NCBI GenBank assembly: GCA_919902675.1
Contig: CAKKRH010000006.1
Location: 42,810 to 106,809, forward strand
Length of the DNA: 64,000 bases
Direction of reading: 5' to 3'
DNA from: Omnitrophica bacterium GWA2_41_15
Lineage (GTDB): Bacteria > Omnitrophota > Gorgyraeia > Gygaellales > UBA12090
Shown: positions 10,301-19,398 of the stretch, one piece after another
How positions within the stretch are numbered: position 1 is the stretch's first letter
How the letters are laid out: every line of letters starts with the position of its first letter
Notes under the pieces: generated by a model
What the model was told of the DNA's origin: nothing
The model's input: the letters and a program-made list of their open reading frames with translations, nothing else
Databases searched by the model: none
Position numbers and translations under genes: made by a program

Positions 10301-10657
10301 TTATTCCAGGCTAAGATAATCTTTAAGCCGCTTGAGCTTTTTAGGGCCAAGGCCCTGGACCTTTTGCAATTCCTCAAGGCTCTTAAAGGCGCCGATAGAA
10401 TTACGGTATTCAATGATGTTTCCGGCCAAAACCGGGCCGATCTCAGGCAAACGGATTAATTCTTCCAGGCTGGCTTTATTCGGGTTTGTTTTTTTCTCTA
10501 TTACTGTAGGGGCGGTTCGCGGACCGCCCCTACCTTGAGGCAGGATGACTTTGGAGCTGGGGCTTATCTTCTGCAAATAGCCTATGACTATCCCAACCAG
10601 GACCACAGCTCCCACAAACAACAAGACCTGTTTTTCCTGGCGGGTAAGATTAAGCAT
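10301..10657 (-). CDS. comEA: ComEA, helix-hairpin-helix DNA receptor
   Basis: N-terminal TM segment, then HhH repeats (ASLEELIRLPEIGPVLAGNII..., LEELQKVQGLGPKKLKRL). The start was taken at MLNLTRQEK (10657). Confidence 0.85.
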   Translation of the reverse strand: MLNLTRQEKQVLLFVGAVVLVGIVIGYLQKISPSSKVILPQGRGGPRTAPTVIEKKTNPNKASLEELIRLPEIGPVLAGNIIEYRNSIGAFKSLEELQKVQGLGPKKLKRLKDYLSLE

Positions 10658-10658
10658 A

Positions 10659-10767
10659 TCGCGGAACTTACGCGGAACTGGACGCGAAATCACGCGGAAT
10701 TATACGCAGAACCACGCGCAACCTGTATTGCGTGGTTCTGCGTAATGTTCCGCGTATTTCAGCGATT
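10659..10767. repeat. REP-like palindromic element, copy 1 (core ACGCAGAACCACGC / GCGTGGTTCTGCGT)
   Basis: Perfect 14-bp core stem with a 12-nt loop plus imperfect outer arms (gcggaac motifs). It exactly fills the leuS-comEA gap. Confidence 0.85.
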
Positions 10768-13167
10768 TCAAATTACTATATTGACCAGCTTACCGGGAAC
10801 TATGATAATTTTCCTTACCGGCTTATCCTCAATCCACTTCCTGACTGCCGGTTCCTCCTGACAGGCTTTTTTGAGATCTTCTTCGGCAATATCCTTGTTG
10901 ACTATAACCGTGCCCCGGACCTTACCGTTGACCTGAACCACGACGGCAATATTCTCCTCAACCAGTAAAGACGAATCATATTCCGGCCAGGCGGCATTGA
11001 GGATGCTCTCCTTATTCCCCAGGCCATGCCAGAGCTCCTCGCTAAAATGCGGGGCAATCGGAGAAATCAAGAGAACCAGTTTAGAGAAAACCTCTTTATC
11101 CGCTCCTGACTGATATATGACGTTGACTAATTCCATCAGGCTGGCGATAGCGGTGTTAAACTTAAAAGACTCGATATCATCACTCACCTTTTTGATGGCC
11201 TTATGCAGAGCGCGGTAAACCTGAAGGTCAGCCTTTTCTTTTAAATTATCCTGGATGCGCCAAAGGCGGTTTAAGAATTTAAAGGCCCCTTCTATTCCCC
11301 GGTCATCCCATTCCAGTTCGGTCTCCGGGGGAGCGGCAAAGAGGATAAATAATCTTAAGGTATCCGCTCCGCATTTCTGGATTATGGAATCCGGGTCAAC
11401 AATGTTACCCCGGGATTTTGACATCACCTCGCCGTCTTTTAAAACCATACCCTGGGTGAGCAAGGATTTAAAGGGTTCATTGAAATCTATCATTCCCAAA
11501 TCCTGGAAAAACTTGGTAAAGAAACGTGAATACAATAAATGCAAGATGGCATGCTCAATCCCGCCGATATATTGGTCAACCGGCATCCAGTATTTGGCTT
11601 CCTGAAGGTCAAAAGGATTATTCTCATTTTTAGGCGAACAGAATCTCAAAAAATACCAGGAAGAATCAAAGAAAGTAGCCATGGTATCAGTTTCCCGCCT
11701 GGCTTTTTCGCCGCATTCAGGACAGAGAACGTCCACGAATTCCTTAACTTTCCCTAAAGGACTACCACCCTCACCGGTAAAAGGGGCGTCTTCGGGAAGC
11801 TCAACCGGAAGGGCGGCGTAGGGCACTGGGACAACCCCGCATTTTGGGCAATAGATAATCGGGATGGGCGTTCCCCAGTAACGTTGCCGAGAGATAAGCC
11901 AATCCCGAAGCCGCCAATGGGTTACAATCTTGCCCATACTATTTTTATCCATCCATTGAGAAATCTTAATCTTGGCTTCCTGGTTCGCCAGGCCGTCAAA
12001 CTCCCCGGAATTAACCTGCACCCCTTCTCCTTCATACGCCTCAATCATTTCCTGTGGACTGTGGACTGTGGACTGTGGACTTTTTATTACTATTTTCATC
12101 GGCAAATTATGTTCCCTAGCAAAGAGAAAATCCCGCTGGTCGTGGGTAGGCACGGCCATAATCGCGCCGGTGCCGTATTCCATCAACACATAGTCGGCAA
12201 TCCAAACCGGGATAACCTCCTGATTAACCGGATTAACGCAATAGGCCCCGGTCCAGACCCCTTCTTTCTTTACATCCTCCTTAACCCGGGATATTTTGCT
12301 CTCTTTGGCCACCTTTTCTATAAATGCCAAGGCCTCTTTTTCCTGCGGCTTGCCCTTAATGATCTCCTTTACTAAAGGATGCTCCGGAGCCAAGACCACA
12401 TAGGTTGCCCCGAAAATGGTATCCGGCCTGGTAGTAAAGACCGTAATCAACTTATCGTTGTCTTTAAGGCGAAAATATATTTCCGTCCCTTGGCTCTTCC
12501 CGATCCAATTATTCTGCATGGCGATAACCCGCTGGGGCCACTTATCCAACTGCTTCAAATCCTCCAGCAAGCGTTCCTTGTATTCGCTAATCCTTAAATA
12601 CCACTGTTCCAGCTCTTTCTGCTCCACCTGGCTATGGCACCTCCAGCACTCACCCTCAATAACCTCCTCGTTAGCCAGGGTGGTTGAGCAGGAGGGGCAC
12701 CAGTTGACCCCGGAGGCCTTTTTATAAGCTAAACCGCGCTCAAACATCTTCAGGAATATCCACTGGTTCCATCTGTAATAACTGCTGTCGCAAGTGGAAA
12801 GTTCCCTGTCCCAGTCATAGGAAAAGCCCATCTTCTTTAATTCCACCTTCATCCAATCAATACACCCATGGGTCCAGGCATCCGGCTTGGTTTGATTCTT
12901 GATGGCGGCGTTTTCCGCCGGCTGGCCAAAGGCGTCAAAGCCCATCGGATGCAAAACCTCGCGGCCTTTAAGCCTCTGGTAACGGCTGTAGACATCGCCG
13001 ATGGTGTAATTGCGCACATGGCCCATATGGATCTTTCCCGACGGATAGGGAAACATCTCTAAACAATAAAACTTCTTTTTTTCCGGCGAATATCCGGCCT
13101 TAAAGATACTCTTTTCCTGCCAGAATCTCTGCCACTTCTCTTCGATTTCCTTAAAATTATACAACAT
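10768..13167 (-). CDS. leuS: Leucyl-tRNA synthetase
   Basis: 799 aa. Contains the HIGH-type motif (PYPSGKIHMGHVRNY) and KMSKS (VMSKSRGN). Confidence 0.97.
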   Translation of the reverse strand: MLYNFKEIEEKWQRFWQEKSIFKAGYSPEKKKFYCLEMFPYPSGKIHMGHVRNYTIGDVYSRYQRLKGREVLHPMGFDAFGQPAENAAIKNQTKPDAWTHGCIDWMKVELKKMGFSYDWDRELSTCDSSYYRWNQWIFLKMFERGLAYKKASGVNWCPSCSTTLANEEVIEGECWRCHSQVEQKELEQWYLRISEYKERLLEDLKQLDKWPQRVIAMQNNWIGKSQGTEIYFRLKDNDKLITVFTTRPDTIFGATYVVLAPEHPLVKEIIKGKPQEKEALAFIEKVAKESKISRVKEDVKKEGVWTGAYCVNPVNQEVIPVWIADYVLMEYGTGAIMAVPTHDQRDFLFAREHNLPMKIVIKSPQSTVHSPQEMIEAYEGEGVQVNSGEFDGLANQEAKIKISQWMDKNSMGKIVTHWRLRDWLISRQRYWGTPIPIIYCPKCGVVPVPYAALPVELPEDAPFTGEGGSPLGKVKEFVDVLCPECGEKARRETDTMATFFDSSWYFLRFCSPKNENNPFDLQEAKYWMPVDQYIGGIEHAILHLLYSRFFTKFFQDLGMIDFNEPFKSLLTQGMVLKDGEVMSKSRGNIVDPDSIIQKCGADTLRLFILFAAPPETELEWDDRGIEGAFKFLNRLWRIQDNLKEKADLQVYRALHKAIKKVSDDIESFKFNTAIASLMELVNVIYQSGADKEVFSKLVLLISPIAPHFSEELWHGLGNKESILNAAWPEYDSSLLVEENIAVVVQVNGKVRGTVIVNKDIAEEDLKKACQEEPAVRKWIEDKPVRKIIIVPGKLVNIVI
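12052..12081. repeat. Perfect heptanucleotide tandem repeat (ctgtgga x4.3) inside leuS
   Basis: Counted directly. It encodes KSPQSTVHSPQ on the minus strand. Confidence 0.9.
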
Positions 13168-13171
13168 AGTT

Positions 13172-13558
13172 TTACTTTATCCTGGCGGGAATAAGAGAAA
13201 TCATTATCCTGATCCCGCGCAGAATATGTTCAATATCGCAAGGCTTAGTCAGATAATGGTCGGCCTCCATACCGTAGCATTTCTCTAAAGAGGCGATCTC
13301 ATCCTGGGCGCTGACGATAATCACCGGCCTCCACTTATCTTTAAACTTCTCTCTCAGCTCCTTGAGCACCTCAAAACCGTTAAGTTTAGGCATCATTAAA
13401 TCCAGGAGAATAATATCAGGGTTTTCCTCCTTAATCTTTAATAAAGCTTCTTCTCCGTCATAAGCGGTAACCGCGGTGTAACCTTGACGGATTAATCTGC
13501 TCTTTATGGCATCAGCCGCGTCATGCTCATCATCCACCACTAAAATTTTGTAAACCAT
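13172..13558 (-). CDS. Stand-alone response regulator receiver (CheY-like)
   Basis: 128 aa. Contains ILVVDDE, the phospho-acceptor context IILLDLMMP, and a conserved Lys (LTKP). Confidence 0.85.
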   Translation of the reverse strand: MVYKILVVDDEHDAADAIKSRLIRQGYTAVTAYDGEEALLKIKEENPDIILLDLMMPKLNGFEVLKELREKFKDKWRPVIIVSAQDEIASLEKCYGMEADHYLTKPCDIEHILRGIRIMISLIPARIK

Positions 13559-13559
13559 A

Positions 13560-14414
13560 TTATCCTTTCCGCACCCGGCGCAATTTCCTAACCGTCTCTA
13601 GATTTATCCGATCAGAATCCTCGGCATCTTTGGGGGTTTCTAAAATAAAAGCGGTATCCTTTAGGCGGGCGTCATTTAAAATCAGCCTGAAAGCCTCAAA
13701 ACCAATTTGGCCTTTGCCGATATGCTCGTGGCGGTCGCGATGGCTTCCTAGTTTATCTTTAGAGTCGTTTAAGTGAATAAGCTTCAGCCGCTTCAGGCCG
13801 ACAATCTCATCTATCTGCCGGATGGTTTCCTCATAGCCTTGGGGGTGAGCCAAATCATAACCCGCGCTGTAGCTATGGCAGGTATCCAGGCATATCCCAA
13901 CCCTATGTTTCTGCTCAATACCGTCAATAATCTGGCGTTGATGTTCAAACTTATAACCCAGCCAGGAACCCGCTCCGGAAGTATTTTCCAAAAGTATATG
14001 TACCGGGGACTTCTTGGTCCTTTCCAGGATTTTATTTAAGGCCGAGGTGAATCTCTTGACGCCTTTTTCTTCCCCGGTTTTTTTATGACTGCCCATATGA
14101 GTAACCAGATATTCTATACCCAAGGCCTCAGCCTCTTTCATATCCTCAATATAGGCCTTGATTGAACCTTTATACAAAACCGGAAGCGGAGAAGCCAGAT
14201 TGCTTAAATAAGGAACATGGGCAAAAACCGGCGCGATATTACACTTGGAGCGGGATTTCTTGAATTCCTCAATTTCCTGAAGGTTCAAACGCCCCTTGCG
14301 CCACTGGCGGGGGTCGCGGGAAAATATCTGCATCGTATTACAGCCTAAGACCCTGGCCCGCTCTATGGACTGATAAATATGCCCGGCAATCGAAACATGC
14401 ACTCCTATACGCAT
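13560..14414 (-). CDS. nfo: Deoxyribonuclease IV (endonuclease IV)
   Basis: 284 aa AP-endonuclease-2 TIM barrel: MRIGVHVS..., HAPYL-like HVPYLSNLAS, and LENTSG...ICLDTCH. Confidence 0.9.
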   Translation of the reverse strand: MRIGVHVSIAGHIYQSIERARVLGCNTMQIFSRDPRQWRKGRLNLQEIEEFKKSRSKCNIAPVFAHVPYLSNLASPLPVLYKGSIKAYIEDMKEAEALGIEYLVTHMGSHKKTGEEKGVKRFTSALNKILERTKKSPVHILLENTSGAGSWLGYKFEHQRQIIDGIEQKHRVGICLDTCHSYSAGYDLAHPQGYEETIRQIDEIVGLKRLKLIHLNDSKDKLGSHRDRHEHIGKGQIGFEAFRLILNDARLKDTAFILETPKDAEDSDRINLETVRKLRRVRKG

Positions 14415-14527
14415 TTTATAAGTTTAACACAACCCCCGCCCAATTTCCAATAAAAAAGGACAAGCTCAAAAAAACTTGCCCTTTGGCGATTTCCGCGGAG
14501 GCCGAATTACATTAATCTTGTGAATAA

Positions 14528-14581
14528 GATTCCGTTTTACATTAAAACGGAATCCACCAACTCTTTCATTAATGAAAGAGT

Positions 14582-14587
<6 letters not shown>
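14528..14587 (-). terminator. Two consecutive perfect hairpins in the tRNA-Ala 3' trailer
   Basis: The first is a 17-bp stem (ccaccaactctttcatt/aatgaaagagttggtgg, 14554-14587) that includes the tRNA CCACCA 3' end. The second is a 12-bp stem (gattccgtttta/taaaacggaatc, 14528-14554). Confidence 0.6.
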
Positions 14588-14657
<70 letters not shown>

Positions 14658-14666
14658 GAAAAGAAT

Positions 14667-14703
14667 CGCGGAACTTACGCGGAAGACCACGCAAAACTAC
14701 GCC
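14667..14703. repeat. REP-like element, half copy (left arm only)
   Basis: The sequence cgcggaacttacgcggaagaccacgcaaaactacgcc matches the left arm of the 10659 element. No right arm is present. Confidence 0.6.
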
Positions 14704-14773
14704 TGATTGTCATTTTGTAAACTACCGATAATGTTTTACTATGAAGAAAGTATTATAGCGGCTTTTTCTCTGT

Positions 14774-14802
14774 TTGACAAACAATATTTTAGGTGCTATT
14801 AT
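14774..14802 (+). promoter_or_regulatory. Sigma70-type promoter for tRNA-Leu
   Basis: TTGACA (14774-14779), a 17-nt spacer, then TATTAT (14797-14802), 18 nt upstream of the tRNA 5' end. Confidence 0.6.
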
Positions 14803-14820
14803 TTGAATCTATCCTCTCTT

Positions 14821-14903
14821 GCCGGGGTGGTGGAATGGCAGACACGCCGGTCTCAAAAACCGGTGGGGTTACACCCATGAGGGTTCAACTCCCTCCCCCG
14901 GCA
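14821..14903 (+). tRNA. tRNA-Leu (anticodon CAA), long variable arm, no encoded CCA
   Basis: Acceptor stem GCCGGGG/CCCCGGC. Anticodon arm CCGGT-CTCAAAA-ACCGG. Variable arm GTGGGGTTACACCCAT. T arm GAGGG-TTCAACT-CCCTC. Confidence 0.9.
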
Positions 14904-14920
14904 CTAAATTGTACGATTGA

Positions 14921-15122
14921 CCCAAAAGGCTATTTGTCAAATATCCTACTCGATTAAAGATTACTACAATTCTAATTCCTCGTCAATGAAATAATGCCCC
15001 GCGCCTGGGTCAGAGCTCACTCGGCGCCTTGTGGTGTATGCAGTGGTGGTTTTTGCTACGCTCGCCCCGTAGGCGGGGCTCGCTTGCAAAGGCCGCTGGG
15101 CGGCCTAAAAGAAGCACGAGGC
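14921..15122 (+). repeat. Structured repeat family, copy A (head module plus 94-nt GC-rich core)
   Basis: The head (ggctatttgtcaaatatcctactcgattaaagattactacaat) and the core (15029-15122) recur at 19399-19670 in inverted orientation. The head also recurs at 19854-19967 in direct orientation. Confidence 0.85.
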
Positions 15123-15251
15123 GGGTGTTGTGCCGCCAACATTGCGTTATCTTGTCAGTATTTAAGAAACCCTTATTTATTCTTACCGTAGTTTAGTTTT
15201 CTAGCCTTTTCGCCATTCCCGCCTTCAACTACCTAAAAAACAGAACCACAT

Positions 15252-15285
15252 GGCAAAATTTTCGCCCGTGCCCGAAAATTTTGCC
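15252..15285 (-). terminator. Hairpin terminator downstream of the BOF-like gene
   Basis: Perfect 13-bp stem (ggcaaaattttcg/cgaaaattttgcc) with an 8-nt loop. A T-rich tract follows on the minus strand. Confidence 0.55.
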
Positions 15286-15320
15286 TAATATCCACTTATC
15301 ACTTAAAAATAAAAGGTCGC

Positions 15321-15818
15321 TTACTTTCTTTTGTTCCAGAAAAATTTATTTATAGAATAGAGAAATAATAATACGAATGTTAAGAAAAGGCCAATATAAA
15401 ACTTTTTCATACTCAATTGCTTAAAAGAAGGCTCTCCCGATAGAATTTTTTTTACCTCTTGAACATGAATATCTAGATCGCCGCCATGTTCCAGACAACT
15501 GCGATTAAATATACCGCTAACCTCAATAATATCACCTTTAGTGCGGTAACAGCCAAGATAAATAATATCCTTAAGGTCGGCTTTTCTTACCCAGACGCCA
15601 ATAGCTACATATCCGTCATTCACGTGCAGCCATGCGTGATCTCCGCGGATCATAACCTCTCCAATGACCTCTCCTTTGTAGCTGATAGTTTTGCCGTCAT
15701 ATTGTTTGGCATTATTTATCAAATCTAAACTCGTAGGCACTTGAGCATAACAGTTAGAACGAGAAATAATCATCCCCAGGCACAAAATTACGAGAAAGAT
15801 AAAACGTTTCACTTTCAT
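15321..15818 (-). CDS. Exported OB-fold (BOF/YgiW-like) protein with a C-terminal TM anchor
   Basis: Signal peptide, then a YgiW-like layout (AKQYDGKTISYKGEVIGEVM...GDIIEVSGIF...DIHVQEVKKI), then a hydrophobic tail (FYIGLFLTFVLLFLY). Its start overlaps the trkH stop (ATGA-type coupling). Confidence 0.45.
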   Translation of the reverse strand: MKVKRFIFLVILCLGMIISRSNCYAQVPTSLDLINNAKQYDGKTISYKGEVIGEVMIRGDHAWLHVNDGYVAIGVWVRKADLKDIIYLGCYRTKGDIIEVSGIFNRSCLEHGGDLDIHVQEVKKILSGEPSFKQLSMKKFYIGLFLTFVLLFLYSINKFFWNKRK

Positions 15819-17320
15819 CTACCTTTCAAAAACGCTACAAAAAAACCAAATAGGGCAAAAACCGATATTAGCTCAAGCCTTCCTGCCCACATCTCGATTA
15901 TATAGGTCACTTTTAATATCGCCGGCATACTTGTATCGGTTATCCCGCAGGAAAGCCCAACGTTGGCAGCCGCAGATGTTGACTCAAAAAGGGCTTCCAA
16001 AAAAGGATATCCCAACCATACCCCCACTAGAGTGCCCAATCCGTAAAGGAAAAAATATCCCAATGTAACAATCAAAACTGCTCGTACCTGCTTATCCTCA
16101 ACGAACATCATTTTTATATGATGAAACTTCTGTACTACGATAGCGCTTGGCGAAAGCATTATTCTTTTTATATCATGTCTAAATGCTTTATAAATAATTC
16201 CTACGCGCAGCATTTTAATACCCCCGGCTGTAGAGCAAGCACAACCTCCCAAAGCCATGGCCAGAATTACCCCTGTTAACGCTAAATCTCCCCACTCCTT
16301 GATAAACTGCTGAGCATATATCGTCATGTATCCGGTTGTGGTTTGTCCAGAGATAAGCTGAAAGAACCCCTTGCGAAAAATTATCATTCCATCCGAATAG
16401 ACACCCAACTTCCTCAAACCAGCCATCGTAATCAAAGTAACGATCATAATGACAAATAAGAGAGTCCGCGTTTCAATATTTTTCCAAATTTCTTTAAAAT
16501 TTCCCGTCCAGATTTGATAATGCAAATTAAAATTGAATGAGCCGACTACCATAAAGAAAATTGTGGCAATTTCAAACATCAAACTGTGATAATAAAGAAT
16601 ATTCGGGGATTGCGGGGCAAAACCTGCGGTATCAAATCCGGCCATAAAAACACAGGCAGCGTGAAAGAATGCACTTGGAGGCTTTAATCCTATAGACATC
16701 CCTACTAGACCTAACACAATGGTACCGAGAATCAAATACACAATGCTAATAGCCCAAATAAAACGCGCCGTATGCATAACGTTGGGGACTAATTTCTCAT
16801 CGCGTCCTTCCCCGAGATATAAATTAAGCGACCCACTGGTACCCCCGACCAAGAATGAAATCGCGATAATTGCGATTCCCTGCCCTCCAATAAAAGGCCC
16901 TAAGTGACGCCATAAATTATGAGTCCAGGAAAGATGATCCAGATCCTGCACAAGAGTCAGCCCTGTTGTAGTAAAACCAGACATGGTTTCGAAACAAGCA
17001 TCAAGAAACGACTTATAATGGCCGCTTAATGATAACGGTATGGCGCTAAACGCCATCGCGGCCAACCATGAAAGAGCAATAACAACCATTGCCGGACCGG
17101 CATGTAGATCATTATCCGTTTTGCATAGCCAGCTTAAAGCCAAGCCGATAAATATAGCAATATTAGCGCTTATCAAGAAATCCAGCGCAGGATTATGTTC
17201 TCTGAATAAAACAAGTCCCGCAATAAACGGCAAAAGCATGGTAAGACCAATACCGAGTATTATTCTTCCCAAATAATAGCCGATATTCTTAATATCGTTT
17301 ACTTGAGGCTTAAGTATCAT
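15815..17320 (-). CDS. TrkH/KtrB-family K+ transporter membrane subunit
   Basis: Four pore-loop glycine motifs (SGFTTTGLT, AGFDTAGF, SGQTTTGY, AAANVGLS). The start was taken at MILKPQ (17320); the track start is a TTG at 17392. Confidence 0.85.
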   Translation of the reverse strand: MILKPQVNDIKNIGYYLGRIILGIGLTMLLPFIAGLVLFREHNPALDFLISANIAIFIGLALSWLCKTDNDLHAGPAMVVIALSWLAAMAFSAIPLSLSGHYKSFLDACFETMSGFTTTGLTLVQDLDHLSWTHNLWRHLGPFIGGQGIAIIAISFLVGGTSGSLNLYLGEGRDEKLVPNVMHTARFIWAISIVYLILGTIVLGLVGMSIGLKPPSAFFHAACVFMAGFDTAGFAPQSPNILYYHSLMFEIATIFFMVVGSFNFNLHYQIWTGNFKEIWKNIETRTLLFVIMIVTLITMAGLRKLGVYSDGMIIFRKGFFQLISGQTTTGYMTIYAQQFIKEWGDLALTGVILAMALGGCACSTAGGIKMLRVGIIYKAFRHDIKRIMLSPSAIVVQKFHHIKMMFVEDKQVRAVLIVTLGYFFLYGLGTLVGVWLGYPFLEALFESTSAAANVGLSCGITDTSMPAILKVTYIIEMWAGRLELISVFALFGFFVAFLKGR

Positions 17321-17436
17321 CGTATATATTGAATTGCTAATGCGAATACTGAACCTACGCCGATAATTACCATTACATATACCGCTTCCCAAAATATCCC
17401 AAGCGTAACAGTATAAAAAATAGCTATTTTCTTCAT
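17317..17436 (-). CDS. 39-aa hydrophobic peptide translationally coupled to the K+ transporter gene
   Basis: My own translation gives MKKIAIFYTVTLGIFWEAVYVMVIIGVGSVFALAIQYIR. Its TGA overlaps the transporter ATG (ATGA). It is below the ORF-track size cutoff. Confidence 0.4.
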   Translation of the reverse strand: MKKIAIFYTVTLGIFWEAVYVMVIIGVGSVFALAIQYIR

Positions 17437-17471
17437 AGCGTTAAGTCTCCTGGCATAGAAGATTCAAATAC

Positions 17472-17499
17472 ACAAAAACCAGAGAATAAAGCCTCTGGT
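17472..17499 (-). terminator. Stem-loop plus U-run between kdpE and the K+ transporter operon
   Basis: On the minus strand: ACCAGAGgctttattCTCTGGTTTTTGTG. Confidence 0.5.
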
Positions 17500-17604
17500 A
17501 TTGTGTAAGATCTAACTTATCTTGATATTTATTCTATTGAATTACGATACGCTTGACCAACAAGGAAGGCAAGTCAAAAAAAGGTCAAAATGACGGTCTG
17601 TAGT

Positions 17605-18318
17605 TTATTCTTCCGAACGCAGGCGGTATCCCACGCCTGGCTCGGTTAAGATATAGGTAGGCCGATCCGGATTAGGCTCGATCTTGCTTCGCAGATTGCT
17701 GATCGTGACTCGTAATAGATGCAGAATACCTTCAAAATATTCGGTCTTATCCCATACTTCCCGAAGTACTTGCCGGTGAGTAAGTACTTTTCCGGCATTT
17801 AAGAGAAACAGCTTAAGCAACTCATATTCTATAGGAGATAGTTCAACTTCATTATTACCGATTGAAACCCTTCGTTTTGTAATATCCATGCAAAGTTTAC
17901 CCACCTTAAGAACTTCTTCTTTGTCCAGCGGCAAAAGACGCCTCATCACTGCGCGCAGGCGCGCCAATAGCTCTTCCGTAGAAAACGGTTTGGTAAGATA
18001 GTCATCTGCTCCCGCATCGAGTGCGGCAATTTTTTCAGCCGGATCATCTCGTACCGACAAGATAACAATCGGGGTTTTCGTACGTTTACGGATTCTAGCT
18101 ATAACTTCCCTGCCGTCAATATCGGGAAGCCCCAAATCGAGAATGATTACATCAGGATGAACATCAACCGTTTCTTCCAATGCTTTTTTTCCTGTAGCCG
18201 CTTCAAAAATGCTATAGCCATAGTAAGAAAGCGATGTCTTAAGAAAACTGCGTATGGCTTTTTCATCGTCAACAACAAGAATTCTTAAATTACCCTGCTC
18301 ATACATTACATTACTCAT
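17605..18318 (-). CDS. kdpE: OmpR/KdpE-family response regulator
   Basis: Receiver domain (ILVVDDE, VIILDLGLPDIDG) plus a winged-helix output domain (LTHRQVLREVW...GVGYRL). It overlaps the kinase gene stop. Confidence 0.8.
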   Translation of the reverse strand: MSNVMYEQGNLRILVVDDEKAIRSFLKTSLSYYGYSIFEAATGKKALEETVDVHPDVIILDLGLPDIDGREVIARIRKRTKTPIVILSVRDDPAEKIAALDAGADDYLTKPFSTEELLARLRAVMRRLLPLDKEEVLKVGKLCMDITKRRVSIGNNEVELSPIEYELLKLFLLNAGKVLTHRQVLREVWDKTEYFEGILHLLRVTISNLRSKIEPNPDRPTYILTEPGVGYRLRSEE

Positions 18319-19346
18319 TCTAATGGGAGCTCCACAGTAAAGGTGGATCCTTTGCCGGGTGTACTTTCGACACTAATCTCGCCGCCATGGGCCTCGATAA
18401 TACCTTTTGAAATACACAAGCCCAGCCCGGTGCCTAATACATTTTGAGACCGCTCTACCCGGTAGAACTTCTCAAAGATTCGCTTAAGGTCTTCTCTGGA
18501 AATGCCAAGGCCATAATCTTGTATCTTCACTTGCACCTTACGCTGAACAAAGGTCGCACGTATTTCAACCGGTGAGCCATCCGGAGAATACTTCAAGGCG
18601 TTATCAATAACATTAAAGAACGCTTTGAGTATAAACGGAAAATCTACGGCTATTTCAGGGAAATCCTTAGGAATGTCTATTTTTATATCTCTGGCACCTA
18701 TTTTGTCTTTTAGCTGCTCTAAACACGCACCCATAAGGTCTCTTAAATCGCATGGTTTTTTGGAAATCCGCAATACCCCGGACTCCATTTTTGTCATATC
18801 TAAAAGATTGTTTACAATTCGATTAAGTCGATCCGATTCTCCTAGTGCCGTTTCCGAGAGTTCTCTTATATGCTGTGCATCTAAACTCGACTTCCTATCC
18901 AAAAGAGCGGTCAATGCCCCGGTTATTGAAACAAGGGGGGTCTTTAAATCATGGGAAATGGAATTTAATAAAGCCGTTTGGAGTTTCTCCGTTTGTCGCT
19001 GGATAATTTGCTCTCTCACCTTAGATGCAAAAGTGCTAACGACAATCCCAACAACCAAAAAGGCAACAAAAGTAAAGACATACTGAATATGATTAACGCT
19101 GAATGTTAAATAAGGAGGTACCAGGAAGAAGTCAAAAACCAGAACACTTATAATGGAAGTCGCAATAGCAGGGCCCCTGCCCCAGCGGATAGCGACAAAG
19201 ACGACAGCCAGAAGATAGAACATAACGATGTTAGTCGGTTCAAGTCTCTTTTTAACCAGTTCGCCGAAAAGAGTGGTAAGAAAAACCAATCCGCAGCTTA
19301 TAATATAGGGTAAAATTCTATTTCTTTGGGATTGTATAAATGCCAT
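18315..19346 (-). CDS. KdpD C-terminal-type sensor histidine kinase (DUF4118 TM domain, HisKA, HATPase) without the N-terminal KdpD/Usp domains
   Basis: DUF4118-like TM block (NIVMFYLLAVVFVAIRWGRGPAI...). H-box SISHDLKTPL. G-boxes DYGLGI and GTGLGLCISKGIIEAHGG. Confidence 0.8.
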   Translation of the reverse strand: MAFIQSQRNRILPYIISCGLVFLTTLFGELVKKRLEPTNIVMFYLLAVVFVAIRWGRGPAIATSIISVLVFDFFLVPPYLTFSVNHIQYVFTFVAFLVVGIVVSTFASKVREQIIQRQTEKLQTALLNSISHDLKTPLVSITGALTALLDRKSSLDAQHIRELSETALGESDRLNRIVNNLLDMTKMESGVLRISKKPCDLRDLMGACLEQLKDKIGARDIKIDIPKDFPEIAVDFPFILKAFFNVIDNALKYSPDGSPVEIRATFVQRKVQVKIQDYGLGISREDLKRIFEKFYRVERSQNVLGTGLGLCISKGIIEAHGGEISVESTPGKGSTFTVELPLE

Positions 19347-19398
19347 GCGTTAAATTATAGCACATAATTTTACCATTAGTAATGATGAATTGCGGATT

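Noticed and set aside
10535-10968. Plus-strand ORFs at 10535-10861, 54900-55199, 58616-58888 and 58701-58910 share AELYAEPR-like peptides.
   Set aside because: The similarity comes from the REP-like elements. The rest of each ORF is antisense to well-supported minus-strand genes.
11255-13062. Many plus-strand ORFs lie inside leuS, and similar antisense ORFs lie inside mgtA, trkH, the kinase, the KS genes and others.
   Set aside because: They are antisense shadows of strongly supported long genes. They have no domains and their composition is biased.
14994-15191. The ORFs 14994-15191 (+) and 19318-19539 (-) share the peptide CGVCSGGFCYARPVGGARLQRPLGGLKEARG, which could look like a conserved small protein.
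   Set aside because: The shared part is simply the translated 94-nt GC-rich repeat core. The flanks differ, there is no RBS, and the composition is low-complexity. I treat it as a nucleotide-level repeat, not a gene.
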